Of a DNA stretch of 64,000 bases, positions 39,953 to 50,139 are shown piece by piece. The notes beneath the pieces were generated by a model. It was not told the DNA's origin. It made no database searches and was given only the letters and a program-made list of their open reading frames with translations. The stretch is from assembly GCA_049890135.1 (NCBI GenBank), contig JBMHCB010000006.1:47607-111606 (forward strand), given 5' to 3'. Origin of the DNA: Porticoccaceae bacterium (GTDB taxonomy: Bacteria; Pseudomonadota; Gammaproteobacteria; Pseudomonadales; Porticoccaceae). A program made the position numbers and the translations under genes. Position 1 is the first letter of the stretch. Every line of letters begins with the position of its first letter.

Positions 39953-42826
39953 ATGAAGTGCAATATCTCAAAGATTTTTATATCAATAATTACAACGTTT
40001 AGTCTTATCTTGTTGAGTACTTCTGCTATGTCAGAAGAAGCTAAGCAGGATGGCAAGATTGTTGATGAGTCTGTCGACGAGGTCATCGTATTTGGAATTC
40101 GTAGAAGTCTTGAAACTGCCCTAGAAGCAAAGCGTGAGATATCTAACTTAACCGAAGTCATTAATGCAGATGATATCGGTAAACTTCCCGATGAAAATAT
40201 CGCAGAGGTTCTTGAAAATATTCCTGGTGTGCAAATTGATCGATCGGGCGGTATCGGCTCTAATGTTTCTGTGCGTGGCAGTACCCAAAATCGGGTTGAG
40301 ATAAATGGTCGAAGCACCACGCCATCAAAAGATGCTCGCGGCGGCATAAGTTTCTCTGACTTGCCTTCTAGCTTAGTTCGCTCTCTTAATGTGGTAAAAG
40401 TACCAACAGCAGATATGGTTGAGGGGTCGCTTGGTGGTACGGTTAATGTTAAGACGTATCGTGGCCTTAAACTTAAGAAGCCTTTACGCGTTGTGCGTGG
40501 TGTTTCTGAATATGCGGAAAATGCTGATAAATGGAATGAGAACTTTTCTGGCACCTATGGGAATAAATTTTCGACAAGCAACGGCGATGTTGGCGTTATT
40601 TTGAATTTGTCACACTTTGATAAATTTGTTCGCGAAGACCAACTGCGTGTTACCCCGGGTATTCGTCAATCTTCACAGAGTGAGATTGATTTTGACGGTG
40701 ATGGAACTAATGACCCATATTATAAACCTGGTTTTAGTGATCTTGAATTTGGCTTGCAAAATCGTGTTAATACCGCCTTCTCTGGTTCTCTTGAGTGGCA
40801 AGTAGATAATAATTTCAAGCTATACAGCGAAGGGTCATTCACTGACTTAAACCAACAAAGTCTAAAGCAGTCTGCCTTTATTGGAACAGCGGCTTCAGAT
40901 ATCGAGCTAGATGATCCTAATGCTATATTTAAGATGGTTGAAGTTGCGGGCTATCCAGTGTCAATGCTTACATCTGGTATTGTTGGTGGCGGTATTAGAA
41001 ATGGTCGTGTTGACTTACCTTCTGATAATGCAGAGCCTAATGATGGGGTTCAAATTCGCTCTAATAACAAAGCGGGTAATCGTGATACTCAGTCTTATGT
41101 TGCAGCTATTGGTGGTGAGTGGGATACGGATAATTTGAATATTGTTGCTGAGTTGAGTGCTGCTGGCTCAGATTCAGTCGAAACAGCCTTTGTTACGGTT
41201 ATGCAGTTTAATGATCCCACTTCAGCAAATTTCCATAGTTTGGGTGCAAGATTACGCGTTCCTTTCTTCTACTCGCTTGATGGTGATGTTATAGAGTACG
41301 GCCCCTATGCCAATACTGTTAGTAGTGAGCAGCTACTTGATCCTAGTTATTGGTCTATGTATTTAACCAAGGATCAGGATTTCTTTTATAATAATAAAGA
41401 GCTTGCGCAAAAAGTTGATGCCACTTGGTTTGTAGATAATGATTTTTGGACAACCATTAAAGCGGGGGTTCGCTTAACTCAGCGATCGAGTGATAGATCG
41501 CGTCAATCACAGCAAACTCAACCTTGGCCAGGGTTTTCAGGAACAGATCTTGAAAACTACTTACTAGCCACTCCGGGTGATTTTTTTAGTTTCAATAATG
41601 ATGGAAGCTATTTAGATGATTTCCTCACGCTAGACCCCAAAAAGGTCCACAGACAACGCGATGAACTTCGCGAGATGTTCGCGCTGGATGAATCGGGGGT
41701 TATTGATCCGTTACAGGGTTTTGGAGTTGAAGAGGATACAGCCGCACTTTATGTTCGCGGTGACTTTGATGCGATGATTTTTGGTATAGAGGGAAGGGGG
41801 AATATTGGTATACGTGGCGTAAATACCGATCAGGTTGCCAGTGGCAGTGAAGTGATGCCAGACGGCTCCTTACGTGATGTCTCATACACACAAAATTATA
41901 CTAATTATCTGCCAAGTGCCAGTTTGGTTTTGGCGCCTAAAGAAAAAATTCAAATTAGATTTGGGTATGCCGACATTATGCGTCGTCCAAATTTTAGCGA
42001 TCTTTCACCTACGGTTCAGTACCCCCTCAATATCGGACAAGCGGTCAATGTAGGTGACCCCACGTTAAAGCCAACTAAGGCTAAACAATTTGACGCGACT
42101 TTAGAGTATTACTTCCGTAAGGGCAGTGTTGCAAGTCTGGGGTATTACCACAAGAAATTAGAAAGCGTTATTGGTAAGGAGACTAGATGGAACAGTATCT
42201 GTAATCCTCGAGCAGAAGACCCCTATGCGGATGTGCCTGAATTGGCCGCTATGACCTGTACTATTGATGGATTGGATGGTGTGATGGTGAATAGAATTTC
42301 ACCGGTAAACCTTCCAGGTGGCAGTATTGAAGGGTTAGAGTTGTCCTTTTTACATTACTTCCGCAATATACCCAAACCCTTTAGAGGTCTGGGTATTATT
42401 GCAAATTATGCCTATCAAAAGGGTGATCGCGACCAAACCTTTGCAACTCCTGCGTTTTTAAGAAATGATGGTGAGGCTCAAGAGTTTCCGCTTAACTTTG
42501 TACGACTATCTGAGAATTCTTACAACTTCACTGTTTTTTATGAAAGATACCGTTTGAATGCCCGCCTGAGATATACCTACCGAGATAATTTTTTGCTCTC
42601 GGAGTCCATTGATATAGCTAATGGTCAACCTCTATATACTGAGGACAGAGGACAGCTTAATGGCTCTCTATCTTACAAAATTGATAAAACATTTGCGGTT
42701 ACCTTAAGTGGCGTTAATCTTTTGAAATCACGCAAATCAAATCCGGGTGTTTTTGCTGAAGGACCACTCGCCAGAATGTCAGATTCCGATCGTAGAATAT
42801 CTTTAGGTTTGAGGGCGAAATTTTAG
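39953..42826 (+). CDS. TonB-dependent outer-membrane receptor
   Basis: 957 aa with a signal peptide, the TonB box DEVIVFG, a plug domain (NIPGVQIDRSGG...VSVRG), a long beta-barrel and a C-terminal ...LGLRAKF ending in Phe. A GGAG sits 8 nt upstream of the ATG. Confidence 0.92.
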   Translation: MKCNISKIFISIITTFSLILLSTSAMSEEAKQDGKIVDESVDEVIVFGIRRSLETALEAKREISNLTEVINADDIGKLPDENIAEVLENIPGVQIDRSGGIGSNVSVRGSTQNRVEINGRSTTPSKDARGGISFSDLPSSLVRSLNVVKVPTADMVEGSLGGTVNVKTYRGLKLKKPLRVVRGVSEYAENADKWNENFSGTYGNKFSTSNGDVGVILNLSHFDKFVREDQLRVTPGIRQSSQSEIDFDGDGTNDPYYKPGFSDLEFGLQNRVNTAFSGSLEWQVDNNFKLYSEGSFTDLNQQSLKQSAFIGTAASDIELDDPNAIFKMVEVAGYPVSMLTSGIVGGGIRNGRVDLPSDNAEPNDGVQIRSNNKAGNRDTQSYVAAIGGEWDTDNLNIVAELSAAGSDSVETAFVTVMQFNDPTSANFHSLGARLRVPFFYSLDGDVIEYGPYANTVSSEQLLDPSYWSMYLTKDQDFFYNNKELAQKVDATWFVDNDFWTTIKAGVRLTQRSSDRSRQSQQTQPWPGFSGTDLENYLLATPGDFFSFNNDGSYLDDFLTLDPKKVHRQRDELREMFALDESGVIDPLQGFGVEEDTAALYVRGDFDAMIFGIEGRGNIGIRGVNTDQVASGSEVMPDGSLRDVSYTQNYTNYLPSASLVLAPKEKIQIRFGYADIMRRPNFSDLSPTVQYPLNIGQAVNVGDPTLKPTKAKQFDATLEYYFRKGSVASLGYYHKKLESVIGKETRWNSICNPRAEDPYADVPELAAMTCTIDGLDGVMVNRISPVNLPGGSIEGLELSFLHYFRNIPKPFRGLGIIANYAYQKGDRDQTFATPAFLRNDGEAQEFPLNFVRLSENSYNFTVFYERYRLNARLRYTYRDNFLLSESIDIANGQPLYTEDRGQLNGSLSYKIDKTFAVTLSGVNLLKSRKSNPGVFAEGPLARMSDSDRRISLGLRAKF

Positions 42827-42827
42827 A

Positions 42828-44528
42828 ATGATGATTGAGTCGCAAACATTCTGGCGCTGTTTTAGGACGGTTTTTGTTGCTGGCATTATGCTGGTTTTCC
42901 ATTCTATCGCGATTTGCAAGCCAATAGATTATTTTGTCAGTTCGTCAGAAGGCAATGACAAAAATAACGGTCTGTCTGAAAATAGTCCTTGGGCCACCTT
43001 AAAAAGAGTTAAAAAACAAAAGTTGCAGCCTGGAGATACGGTTCACTTTAAATCAGGTGACTTGTTTAAAGGGCAGCTTGTGGTTGACGAGTCTGGAACT
43101 GTAGAGGCTCCAATTCACTTCACAGCTTATGGCGATGGTGATTTGCCCATTATTGATGGTGCCGCCTTAGTTAGAGGTGCTTCACTTGCGGCCATTTTAG
43201 TAATAGATCAGGATCACCTTGAATTTAGTAAATTGAATATAAGAAACTTTCGCAAAAAGTCACGTGATTCTGTATCAGATTATGATGCTTTTGGCATTCT
43301 TGTAAAGAATACAGGCAAGCGAAATTTACGCGGATATAACCTTCATGATCTAGTGGTTGAAGAGGTTTTTCCAGTAAGAGCAAGAGCAATTAACAATAAA
43401 TCTGGTGAAAATTCTTTTAATAAGACACAAGTTTCGGGTATTCGTTTTGAGACCCTTCCTATTACATCTATAGATCAAGCTTTTAATACTGGAGATATCT
43501 ACATTCATGGTAATTTCTTGCGCTATACCGCTAGGTTTGGTATCGCTATTCGTCACAGGTCGTCAAAAATTGAAAGCATTATTGGTACATCGGCAAATTA
43601 CGATACTAATGTTCGCATTATAAATAATCGCTGCGAAGATACTGGCGGCAGCTGTGTATTAATGAGTGGCGTTATGAATGGGCTTCTCGAAAAAAATAGC
43701 TTTATTCGTTCCGGCGCCATGGTTGAGCCGGAACTATCTGTCAATCGAGGCAGTGGTGCATGGTTCTTTGGCAGTAAAAATATTGTTGCTCAGAAAAATT
43801 TTTCTTATGGCTCTCGGGGGCATAATGATTCTGCAGGGATGCACGTTGATTATGGTAATGAGAATGTACTTGTTCAGTATAACTTCACACTGATGAATGA
43901 AGGTTATGGTACGGAAATTCTGGGTAAAAATAAGAATATTATTTGGCGGCATAATATTAGTGTTCATGATGGGACTAGAGTTGTTGGTGTTGCTCGGCCA
44001 GAAGGCGGCAAAAGTATATTTCCGGGTAAAACCATCCATGTGAGTAACTTTTCTGTTCCTAAGCGAATTAAATCAGAGGGTGTTTATATTTATAACAATA
44101 CCTATGTTATTGCCAGTGACTCAGAGCCATTAATTGGCTTTATAGGTAAGGATATGCATCTTTGGAATAATATTTTTGTGGTTGAGGATGGTGGCTTATT
44201 GGCCAAAAATCTTAAAGCCGGATGGTCTAGAAAAAAGGACTTGGAAATAAGGGGTAATGTTTTTTCTGGGAATATATCAAAGAACTTTATTGACTCTGAT
44301 TTAAGTTCAACAATTTCTAAGATTAAATTTGAAGGTAATATAGGTAGTCCAGCGACTTACGCAGTGGCCCCCTCGGCAATAAAAAGTAATCATGATTTAA
44401 AAATAAGTCATCCCCGTTTTCCTTCTGCTGGAAAGGGGATTTTTAAACATATTTCTGAAATACCACAATTCGATATATTTGGTAATGCTTTAGATTCTGA
44501 AATTGCCTCATATGGTGCAGGGTACTAA
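42828..44528 (+). CDS. Secreted right-handed parallel beta-helix repeat protein (unassigned; candidate glycan-active enzyme)
   Basis: 566 aa. After a hydrophobic leader, the N-terminus has YFVSSSEGNDKNNGLSENSPWATLKRV...LQPGDTVHFKSGD, which is typical of pectate-lyase-fold proteins. Then come repeated short N/G/I/V-rich coils (IINNRCEDTGG, NIVAQKNFSYG, NVLVQYNF, IIWRHNISVHDG, IYNNTY, LWNNIF). The ATG lies 1 nt after the TBDR stop. Confidence 0.72.
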   Translation: MMIESQTFWRCFRTVFVAGIMLVFHSIAICKPIDYFVSSSEGNDKNNGLSENSPWATLKRVKKQKLQPGDTVHFKSGDLFKGQLVVDESGTVEAPIHFTAYGDGDLPIIDGAALVRGASLAAILVIDQDHLEFSKLNIRNFRKKSRDSVSDYDAFGILVKNTGKRNLRGYNLHDLVVEEVFPVRARAINNKSGENSFNKTQVSGIRFETLPITSIDQAFNTGDIYIHGNFLRYTARFGIAIRHRSSKIESIIGTSANYDTNVRIINNRCEDTGGSCVLMSGVMNGLLEKNSFIRSGAMVEPELSVNRGSGAWFFGSKNIVAQKNFSYGSRGHNDSAGMHVDYGNENVLVQYNFTLMNEGYGTEILGKNKNIIWRHNISVHDGTRVVGVARPEGGKSIFPGKTIHVSNFSVPKRIKSEGVYIYNNTYVIASDSEPLIGFIGKDMHLWNNIFVVEDGGLLAKNLKAGWSRKKDLEIRGNVFSGNISKNFIDSDLSSTISKIKFEGNIGSPATYAVAPSAIKSNHDLKISHPRFPSAGKGIFKHISEIPQFDIFGNALDSEIASYGAGY

Positions 44529-44532
44529 GGCC

Positions 44533-46077
44533 ATGAATACAAGAAACAGCAGGGTTCAAGATATGCATACTCAAACGATGGCTTTGGGTTTTTTTCGTAG
44601 GCCTTCTTTAGTTATATGCCTAGCCCTAGTGGCTTTATTCATTGCGCTAGTGACAGCCTGTTCCTCAAAGCCTATGAGTAGTGTTGTTAAGGAGACTATA
44701 AAGTCACCTAATTTTATAGTTATCCTAGCCGATGATTTAGGCTGGAGTAGCTTATCTGCTTCGATGGATAAAAATTACCCAAACGCAAAGAGTGACTATC
44801 ATAAAACACCCAATATTGACGCCATAGTAGAAGGTGGTATGCGCTTTTCCAGTGGCTATGCTGCCGCTCCTGTTTGCTCTCCAACGCGTTACAGTATTCA
44901 ATTTGGTAAATCGCCTGCGCGCTTAAAGCGCACCAGGGTTTTGGGTAAGAGTCATGTTGATCACAATCAGGTTGGTATCCCCCAAGTGCTTAAATCTATC
45001 GATAAGTCTTATCGTGCCGCCCACATAGGTAAGTGGCATATCGACAAAGATCCATCTGCTTATGGTTATGACGTTCACGATGGTATGACTAAAAACAAAG
45101 AGGGTGATTTTGATAATAATCAGACTCAATGGCATGGTTATTCTGATGAGGATCCAAAGCGAGTCAATTCAATGACCAAGCGCGCTGTAGAATTTATGCG
45201 CGAATCAGTTGAGCGAGAACAACCTTTCTTTCTTCAGCTCTCTCATTATGCTGTGCACTCGAACATTGTATACAGCGATGCATCATACGCTGGAGTAGGG
45301 AAGCGCGATAAAGGTAAGTTGCATAAGAACCAAGGTTATGCGGCTATGTTAGAAGATATGGATTTATCCATTGGTTCTTTACTTGAGGCGTATACTGAGC
45401 TTGATCTTGCGAAAAACACCTATATCATTTTTCTTTCAGACAACGGTGGCATGCCAGTACTCCCAATGCAGGTCAACAGAGGTAGACCCTATCGTGACGG
45501 GCTAAACTCGCCGCTTCTTCGTGGCAAATGGGATCTTACGGAAGGTGGCATTCGGGTTCCATTTGCAATTACTGGACCTACTATTAAAGCCGGTGGACAA
45601 AGTGATACGCCGGTTATGAGTTATGATATTTTGCCTACCGTTGCTGACCTTGCTGGATCGCAGAAGGGGTTACCTAAAAACCTTGATGGGGTAAGTTTCA
45701 AGCCACTATTTGAAGATCATAAGGCAGATTTAAATCGTCCTTTTGATGGTCTTGTATTCCACTTTCCACATTACAACAGGGTAGGTATGAATGAGCCGCA
45801 TTCAGCAATTAGGTATAAAAATTTCAAGTTAATCCATTTTCCAGCCTCTGGCCGCAATTTACTCTTTGATCTAGCAAAGGACCCTGGTGAGCTTGTTGAT
45901 CTATCTAAAAAGATGCCAAAAATGGTTGAATCATTGAACATCAAGTTAGATGCCTATCTTACGTCAGTTGACGCCGAGTTACCTGAAGACGCTGGCAGTT
46001 GGAAGAGAGTAGGGAACAATGGAAAAGTGAGAACTAAATTTTTTAAACGCTATGACCGTATTTTACAGGACAAGTAA
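44533..46077 (+). CDS. S1-family sulfatase, predicted lipoprotein
   Basis: I chose the start at ATG 44533, 4 nt after the upstream stop and preceded by AAGG. It has the lipobox LVTAC, NFIVILADDLGW and the Cys-type motif CSPTRYSIQFG. Confidence 0.88.
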   Translation: MNTRNSRVQDMHTQTMALGFFRRPSLVICLALVALFIALVTACSSKPMSSVVKETIKSPNFIVILADDLGWSSLSASMDKNYPNAKSDYHKTPNIDAIVEGGMRFSSGYAAAPVCSPTRYSIQFGKSPARLKRTRVLGKSHVDHNQVGIPQVLKSIDKSYRAAHIGKWHIDKDPSAYGYDVHDGMTKNKEGDFDNNQTQWHGYSDEDPKRVNSMTKRAVEFMRESVEREQPFFLQLSHYAVHSNIVYSDASYAGVGKRDKGKLHKNQGYAAMLEDMDLSIGSLLEAYTELDLAKNTYIIFLSDNGGMPVLPMQVNRGRPYRDGLNSPLLRGKWDLTEGGIRVPFAITGPTIKAGGQSDTPVMSYDILPTVADLAGSQKGLPKNLDGVSFKPLFEDHKADLNRPFDGLVFHFPHYNRVGMNEPHSAIRYKNFKLIHFPASGRNLLFDLAKDPGELVDLSKKMPKMVESLNIKLDAYLTSVDAELPEDAGSWKRVGNNGKVRTKFFKRYDRILQDK

Positions 46078-46121
46078 AGCACACATAGTAAATATATAAC
46101 TTAAACAAGAATTTTAATTTT

Positions 46122-48437
46122 ATGAAAAATGTATATTCCCTATCAATACTGACTATTGGAATTTTCACTTCAATTATTTCGTATTCTTCAGAGCCCTACA
46201 AGAATCCTGATCTCTCTGATGGGGCCCGTGTTGATGATTTGCTGTCAAGAATGACACTAATCGAAAAAGTTGGGCAGATGTCACAGTTTGTCGGTCCCGA
46301 GCATATAGCCCGCTCAGAAAAAAATATGACCATTGAAGAAATGCAGGCTGGTGATACGTTTGGGATTTATCCGAATTTACACTCTTCCCAAATTCCAGAT
46401 GTTATTAAAAAAGGAAGGGTAGGATCGTTCTTGCATGTGAAAAATCCTAAAGAAGCTAATTTTCTTCAGAAGCATGCTATTCAAAGTCGCCTTGGAATTC
46501 CGCTTTTAATAGGTATTGATGCAATTCATGGTAATGGCTTAGTAAAAGGGGCGACAATATACCCATCGCCAATCACCATGGCTAGTAGTTGGAATCTTGA
46601 CCTTGTTGAGCAAGCCAGCATTCAAACTGCAAAAGAGGTGAGGGCAAACGGCGCTCACTGGGCGTTTACTCCAAATATTGACATTGCAAGAGATGCGCGC
46701 TGGGGAAGAGTGGGTGAAACCTTTGGCGAAGATAAATTTCTTGTCTCTGAAATGGGCGTTGCGGTTATTAATGGTTTACAGCAGGGCGATTTTTCAAGCG
46801 ATACCAGTGTTCTTGCAACAGCAAAGCACTTTGTAGCGGGTAGTGATCCAATAAATGGACTTAATTTATCGCCTATGGATGTGTCAATTCGGTCTCTGCG
46901 AGAGGATTATTTCCCGCCTTTTGAACGGGCAATTGATGCCGGCGTTTTCACTTTAATGGCAGCGCATAATGAGGTAAATGGTGTACCAGCTCATGGTAAT
47001 CGTTTTTTATTAACCGAAGTGCTTCGAGATGAATGGAATTTCAAAGGGTTCGTGGTGAGTGACTGGTTGGATGTTGAGCGATTAAAAACTTATCATCGGA
47101 CAGCGCCAACGTTTAAAGAAGCGGTTTATCAAAGTGTTGATGCGGGAATGGATATGCATATGCATGGGCCAAAATTTTTAATGCCACTTGTAAGGTTGGT
47201 AAAACAAGGTCGAATTCCTGAATCAAGAATAGACGATGCGGTAAGACCAATACTGTTGGCTAAGTTTCGTTTGGGACTTTTTGAGAACCCTTTTGTCGAT
47301 TTATCCGATGCCAAGAAGCTAATGTTCAATAAAGATCATAAGCAAACGGCACTTGAGCTCGCCAGACAAGGTATTGTATTGCTTAAAAACTCGGACAAAA
47401 TTCTGCCTTTATCCGATGAAAAGCGTATCTTTATTACCGGACCCAATGCTAATAATCATTCGATTATGGGTGACTGGGTATTGCCACAACCAGAAGAAAA
47501 CATCACCACCATTGTCGAGGGCCTAAAAGAGGTAGCTAAGAGTTCGACCAAGATCGATTATTTTGATTTAAAAGGTAGCGTAAGAAGGATTCATTCTGAA
47601 CAAATTTTGAAAGCGGCTAAAAAGGCTAAGTCTGCTGATGTAGCCATTGTGGTAGTAGGCAGCAACCCTTTGAGATATGACAGAAAGGGTAAAACATCTG
47701 GAGAAAATGTTGCTCGTAGTTCTATAGGACTATTTGGTAACCAATTAGAGTTGGTGAGGGCTATTCAGGCATCTGGAACACCAACGATCGTTGTTCTTAT
47801 TAATGGCAGACCTCTCGCAGAGCCTTGGATTGTTGAGAATGTTGACGCTCTGATTGAAGCTTGGGAACCGGGTGCAATGGGCGGTAAAGCCTTAGCAGAA
47901 ATTGTATTTGGTGATGTTAATCCCAGCGGAAAACTACCGATTACAGTTCCATACAGTGTTGGGCATATGCAGGCTATTTATAATCATAAACCAAGCGCTT
48001 TAGTCAGAAAATATGCAGATGCACCTACTCATAACCTCTATGAATTTGGATATGGCTTAAGTTATTCTGAGTTTGAATATAATAATGTCAGATTATCCAA
48101 GTCTAAGATTGAAAATAATGAATCAACACAGCTTTTTGTGACTGTCAAAAATACAAGCCAGTATGCGGGTGATGAAATTGTTCAGCTCTATATTCGCGAC
48201 AAATTTTCACAAGTCACAAGACCTGTGAAAGAGTTAAAAGGATTTAAGCGAATATCATTAAAACCCGGTGAAGAGCGTGTGGTAAATTTTGCTATTACTC
48301 CAGATATGCTTGCCTATTATAATTTGAAGATGAATTGGGTTACAGAGCCTGGCGATTTTAGAATTATGGTTGGCGGTTCGTCTCGTAAAAGCGATTTAAA
48401 ATCAGTTAAGCTAAAAGTTAAAAAAACTAACAACTAG
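46122..48437 (+). CDS. Glycoside hydrolase family 3 (BglX-like beta-glycosidase)
   Basis: 771 aa with a signal peptide, LIEKVGQM, IDAIHGN, the nucleophile motif GFVVSDW and a C-terminal fibronectin-like domain. Confidence 0.92.
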   Translation: MKNVYSLSILTIGIFTSIISYSSEPYKNPDLSDGARVDDLLSRMTLIEKVGQMSQFVGPEHIARSEKNMTIEEMQAGDTFGIYPNLHSSQIPDVIKKGRVGSFLHVKNPKEANFLQKHAIQSRLGIPLLIGIDAIHGNGLVKGATIYPSPITMASSWNLDLVEQASIQTAKEVRANGAHWAFTPNIDIARDARWGRVGETFGEDKFLVSEMGVAVINGLQQGDFSSDTSVLATAKHFVAGSDPINGLNLSPMDVSIRSLREDYFPPFERAIDAGVFTLMAAHNEVNGVPAHGNRFLLTEVLRDEWNFKGFVVSDWLDVERLKTYHRTAPTFKEAVYQSVDAGMDMHMHGPKFLMPLVRLVKQGRIPESRIDDAVRPILLAKFRLGLFENPFVDLSDAKKLMFNKDHKQTALELARQGIVLLKNSDKILPLSDEKRIFITGPNANNHSIMGDWVLPQPEENITTIVEGLKEVAKSSTKIDYFDLKGSVRRIHSEQILKAAKKAKSADVAIVVVGSNPLRYDRKGKTSGENVARSSIGLFGNQLELVRAIQASGTPTIVVLINGRPLAEPWIVENVDALIEAWEPGAMGGKALAEIVFGDVNPSGKLPITVPYSVGHMQAIYNHKPSALVRKYADAPTHNLYEFGYGLSYSEFEYNNVRLSKSKIENNESTQLFVTVKNTSQYAGDEIVQLYIRDKFSQVTRPVKELKGFKRISLKPGEERVVNFAITPDMLAYYNLKMNWVTEPGDFRIMVGGSSRKSDLKSVKLKVKKTNN

Positions 48438-48491
48438 GAATCAGTCACAAAGTATTGAGTTCCCTTATTAATAAAAAAGGAAGAAAAAGAA

Positions 48492-50099
48492 ATGCATATA
48501 TTTTCCTCAACACATAAAAGTTGGACTAAAGTGATAAAATTCATATTAGCCATTGTTTGTGCTAATTCTCTATTATTTTTCGCTAGCAATTCGGTTGCTA
48601 AAGAGCCACTTAATGTCATTTATATCCTAACGGATGATCAAAGATACGACGCTTTGGGTTTTATGAACCCTGAAGTTGATACGCCACATATGGATAAACT
48701 TGCAGAAAGAGGTGTGCATTTCAAAAATAGCTTTGTGACAACAGCACTTTGTTCGCCAAGTCGAGCGTCTATTTTAACTGGGCAATATATGCATACCCAT
48801 GGGGTGGTTGATAATAACAAGCCAGCTAAGGAAGGAACCATCTACTTCCCAAGTTACTTACAGCAGGTTGGTTATGAAACCGCTTTCTTTGGTAAATGGC
48901 ATATGGGCGGTCATCACGATGATCCTCAGCCTGGCTTTGATCATTGGCTTAGTTTTGCTGGTCAGGGAGATTATTATCCTGTCCGTAAGCATGGTGGCGG
49001 ATTCAGTCGTTTTAATATCAATGGTAAGCGTGTTAAGCAAAAAGGTTACATAACAGATGAGCTTACAGACTATACATTGCAGTGGCTAACTGCCGAGCGA
49101 GATAGCAGAAAACCTTTCTTTGTGTATCTATCACACAAAGCAGTTCATGCCAATTTTGATCCGGCCAAGCGCCATAAAGACCAATACAGTGATGTTGAAA
49201 TTAAAGTACCTGCTAGTCAGGCCGATACCCCAGAAAATTACAAAGGCAAACCAATGTGGGTTAAAAATCAGCGCAATAGCTGGCATGGCGTTGATTTCCC
49301 TTACCACAGTGACTTAAATGTTACTGAATATAAGCGGCAATATAACCGCGCCCTTTCAGCAGTAGATGACAGTCTTGGTAGAATTACAGCTTGGTTGAAA
49401 GCCAATAACCTTGATCACAATACAGCAGTAATTCTTATGGGTGATAATGGCTTCTTATTCGGTGAACATGGGCTGATTGACAAGCGAAATGCTTACGAGG
49501 AATCTATGCGTGTTCCTCTGGTTGCTTACATACCGGGCGCCAAGCAAAATTATGTTGTTGAAGAGATGGCCGCTAATATTGATATTGCGCCTACGATTCT
49601 TGATATCGCAGGTATCAAGGAGCAACCGCCACAATTTGTTGGTTCGAGCTTATTACCACTAGCCAAGGGTGAAGTCGTTAATGATTGGCGCGATAATCTA
49701 CTCTATGAATATTATTGGGAATTTAACTTTCCGCATACGCCAACAACATTAGCTATTCGCTCGGATGATTTTAAGCTAATTCAATATCATGGTGTATGGG
49801 ACACGGATGAGCTTTTTGATTTAAAAAATGATCCTAAAGAAATGAATAACCTTATCGATGATCCTCGCTATTTAAAAATTAAAGTTGAATTGCGCAAGGC
49901 TTTGTTTGCTCGTTTAGCTGAAGATGGTGAGCATTCTGTTCCCTATACAAAGAAATTTAGTCGCGGTGCGGTGTTGCGTCATGGCGATCGTTCAAAAGCT
50001 GCCGAATTTCCAGATGATTGGTTGCGACAAGGGAATGAAAAGGATCTGAGAAAGTTTTTCACGCCTGATGATAGGCGATTAAAGCGCGGTAATGATTAG
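48492..50099 (+). CDS. S1-family sulfatase (N-acetylglucosamine-6-sulfatase-like)
   Basis: 535 aa with a signal peptide, NVIYILTDDQRYD and the Cys-type motif CSPSRASILTG. Confidence 0.9.
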   Translation: MHIFSSTHKSWTKVIKFILAIVCANSLLFFASNSVAKEPLNVIYILTDDQRYDALGFMNPEVDTPHMDKLAERGVHFKNSFVTTALCSPSRASILTGQYMHTHGVVDNNKPAKEGTIYFPSYLQQVGYETAFFGKWHMGGHHDDPQPGFDHWLSFAGQGDYYPVRKHGGGFSRFNINGKRVKQKGYITDELTDYTLQWLTAERDSRKPFFVYLSHKAVHANFDPAKRHKDQYSDVEIKVPASQADTPENYKGKPMWVKNQRNSWHGVDFPYHSDLNVTEYKRQYNRALSAVDDSLGRITAWLKANNLDHNTAVILMGDNGFLFGEHGLIDKRNAYEESMRVPLVAYIPGAKQNYVVEEMAANIDIAPTILDIAGIKEQPPQFVGSSLLPLAKGEVVNDWRDNLLYEYYWEFNFPHTPTTLAIRSDDFKLIQYHGVWDTDELFDLKNDPKEMNNLIDDPRYLKIKVELRKALFARLAEDGEHSVPYTKKFSRGAVLRHGDRSKAAEFPDDWLRQGNEKDLRKFFTPDDRRLKRGND

Positions 50100-50139
50100 G
50101 ACGATTCTTTTTAGGGTCATCCTTAAATAGGGGAATCTT

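Noticed and set aside
39904-40554. 216-aa minus-strand ORF overlapping the 5' part of the TonB-dependent receptor gene.
   Set aside because: It is antisense to a gene with strong family motifs (TonB box, plug). Its translation is S/T/R/P-rich low complexity with no motif, so it is a shadow ORF.
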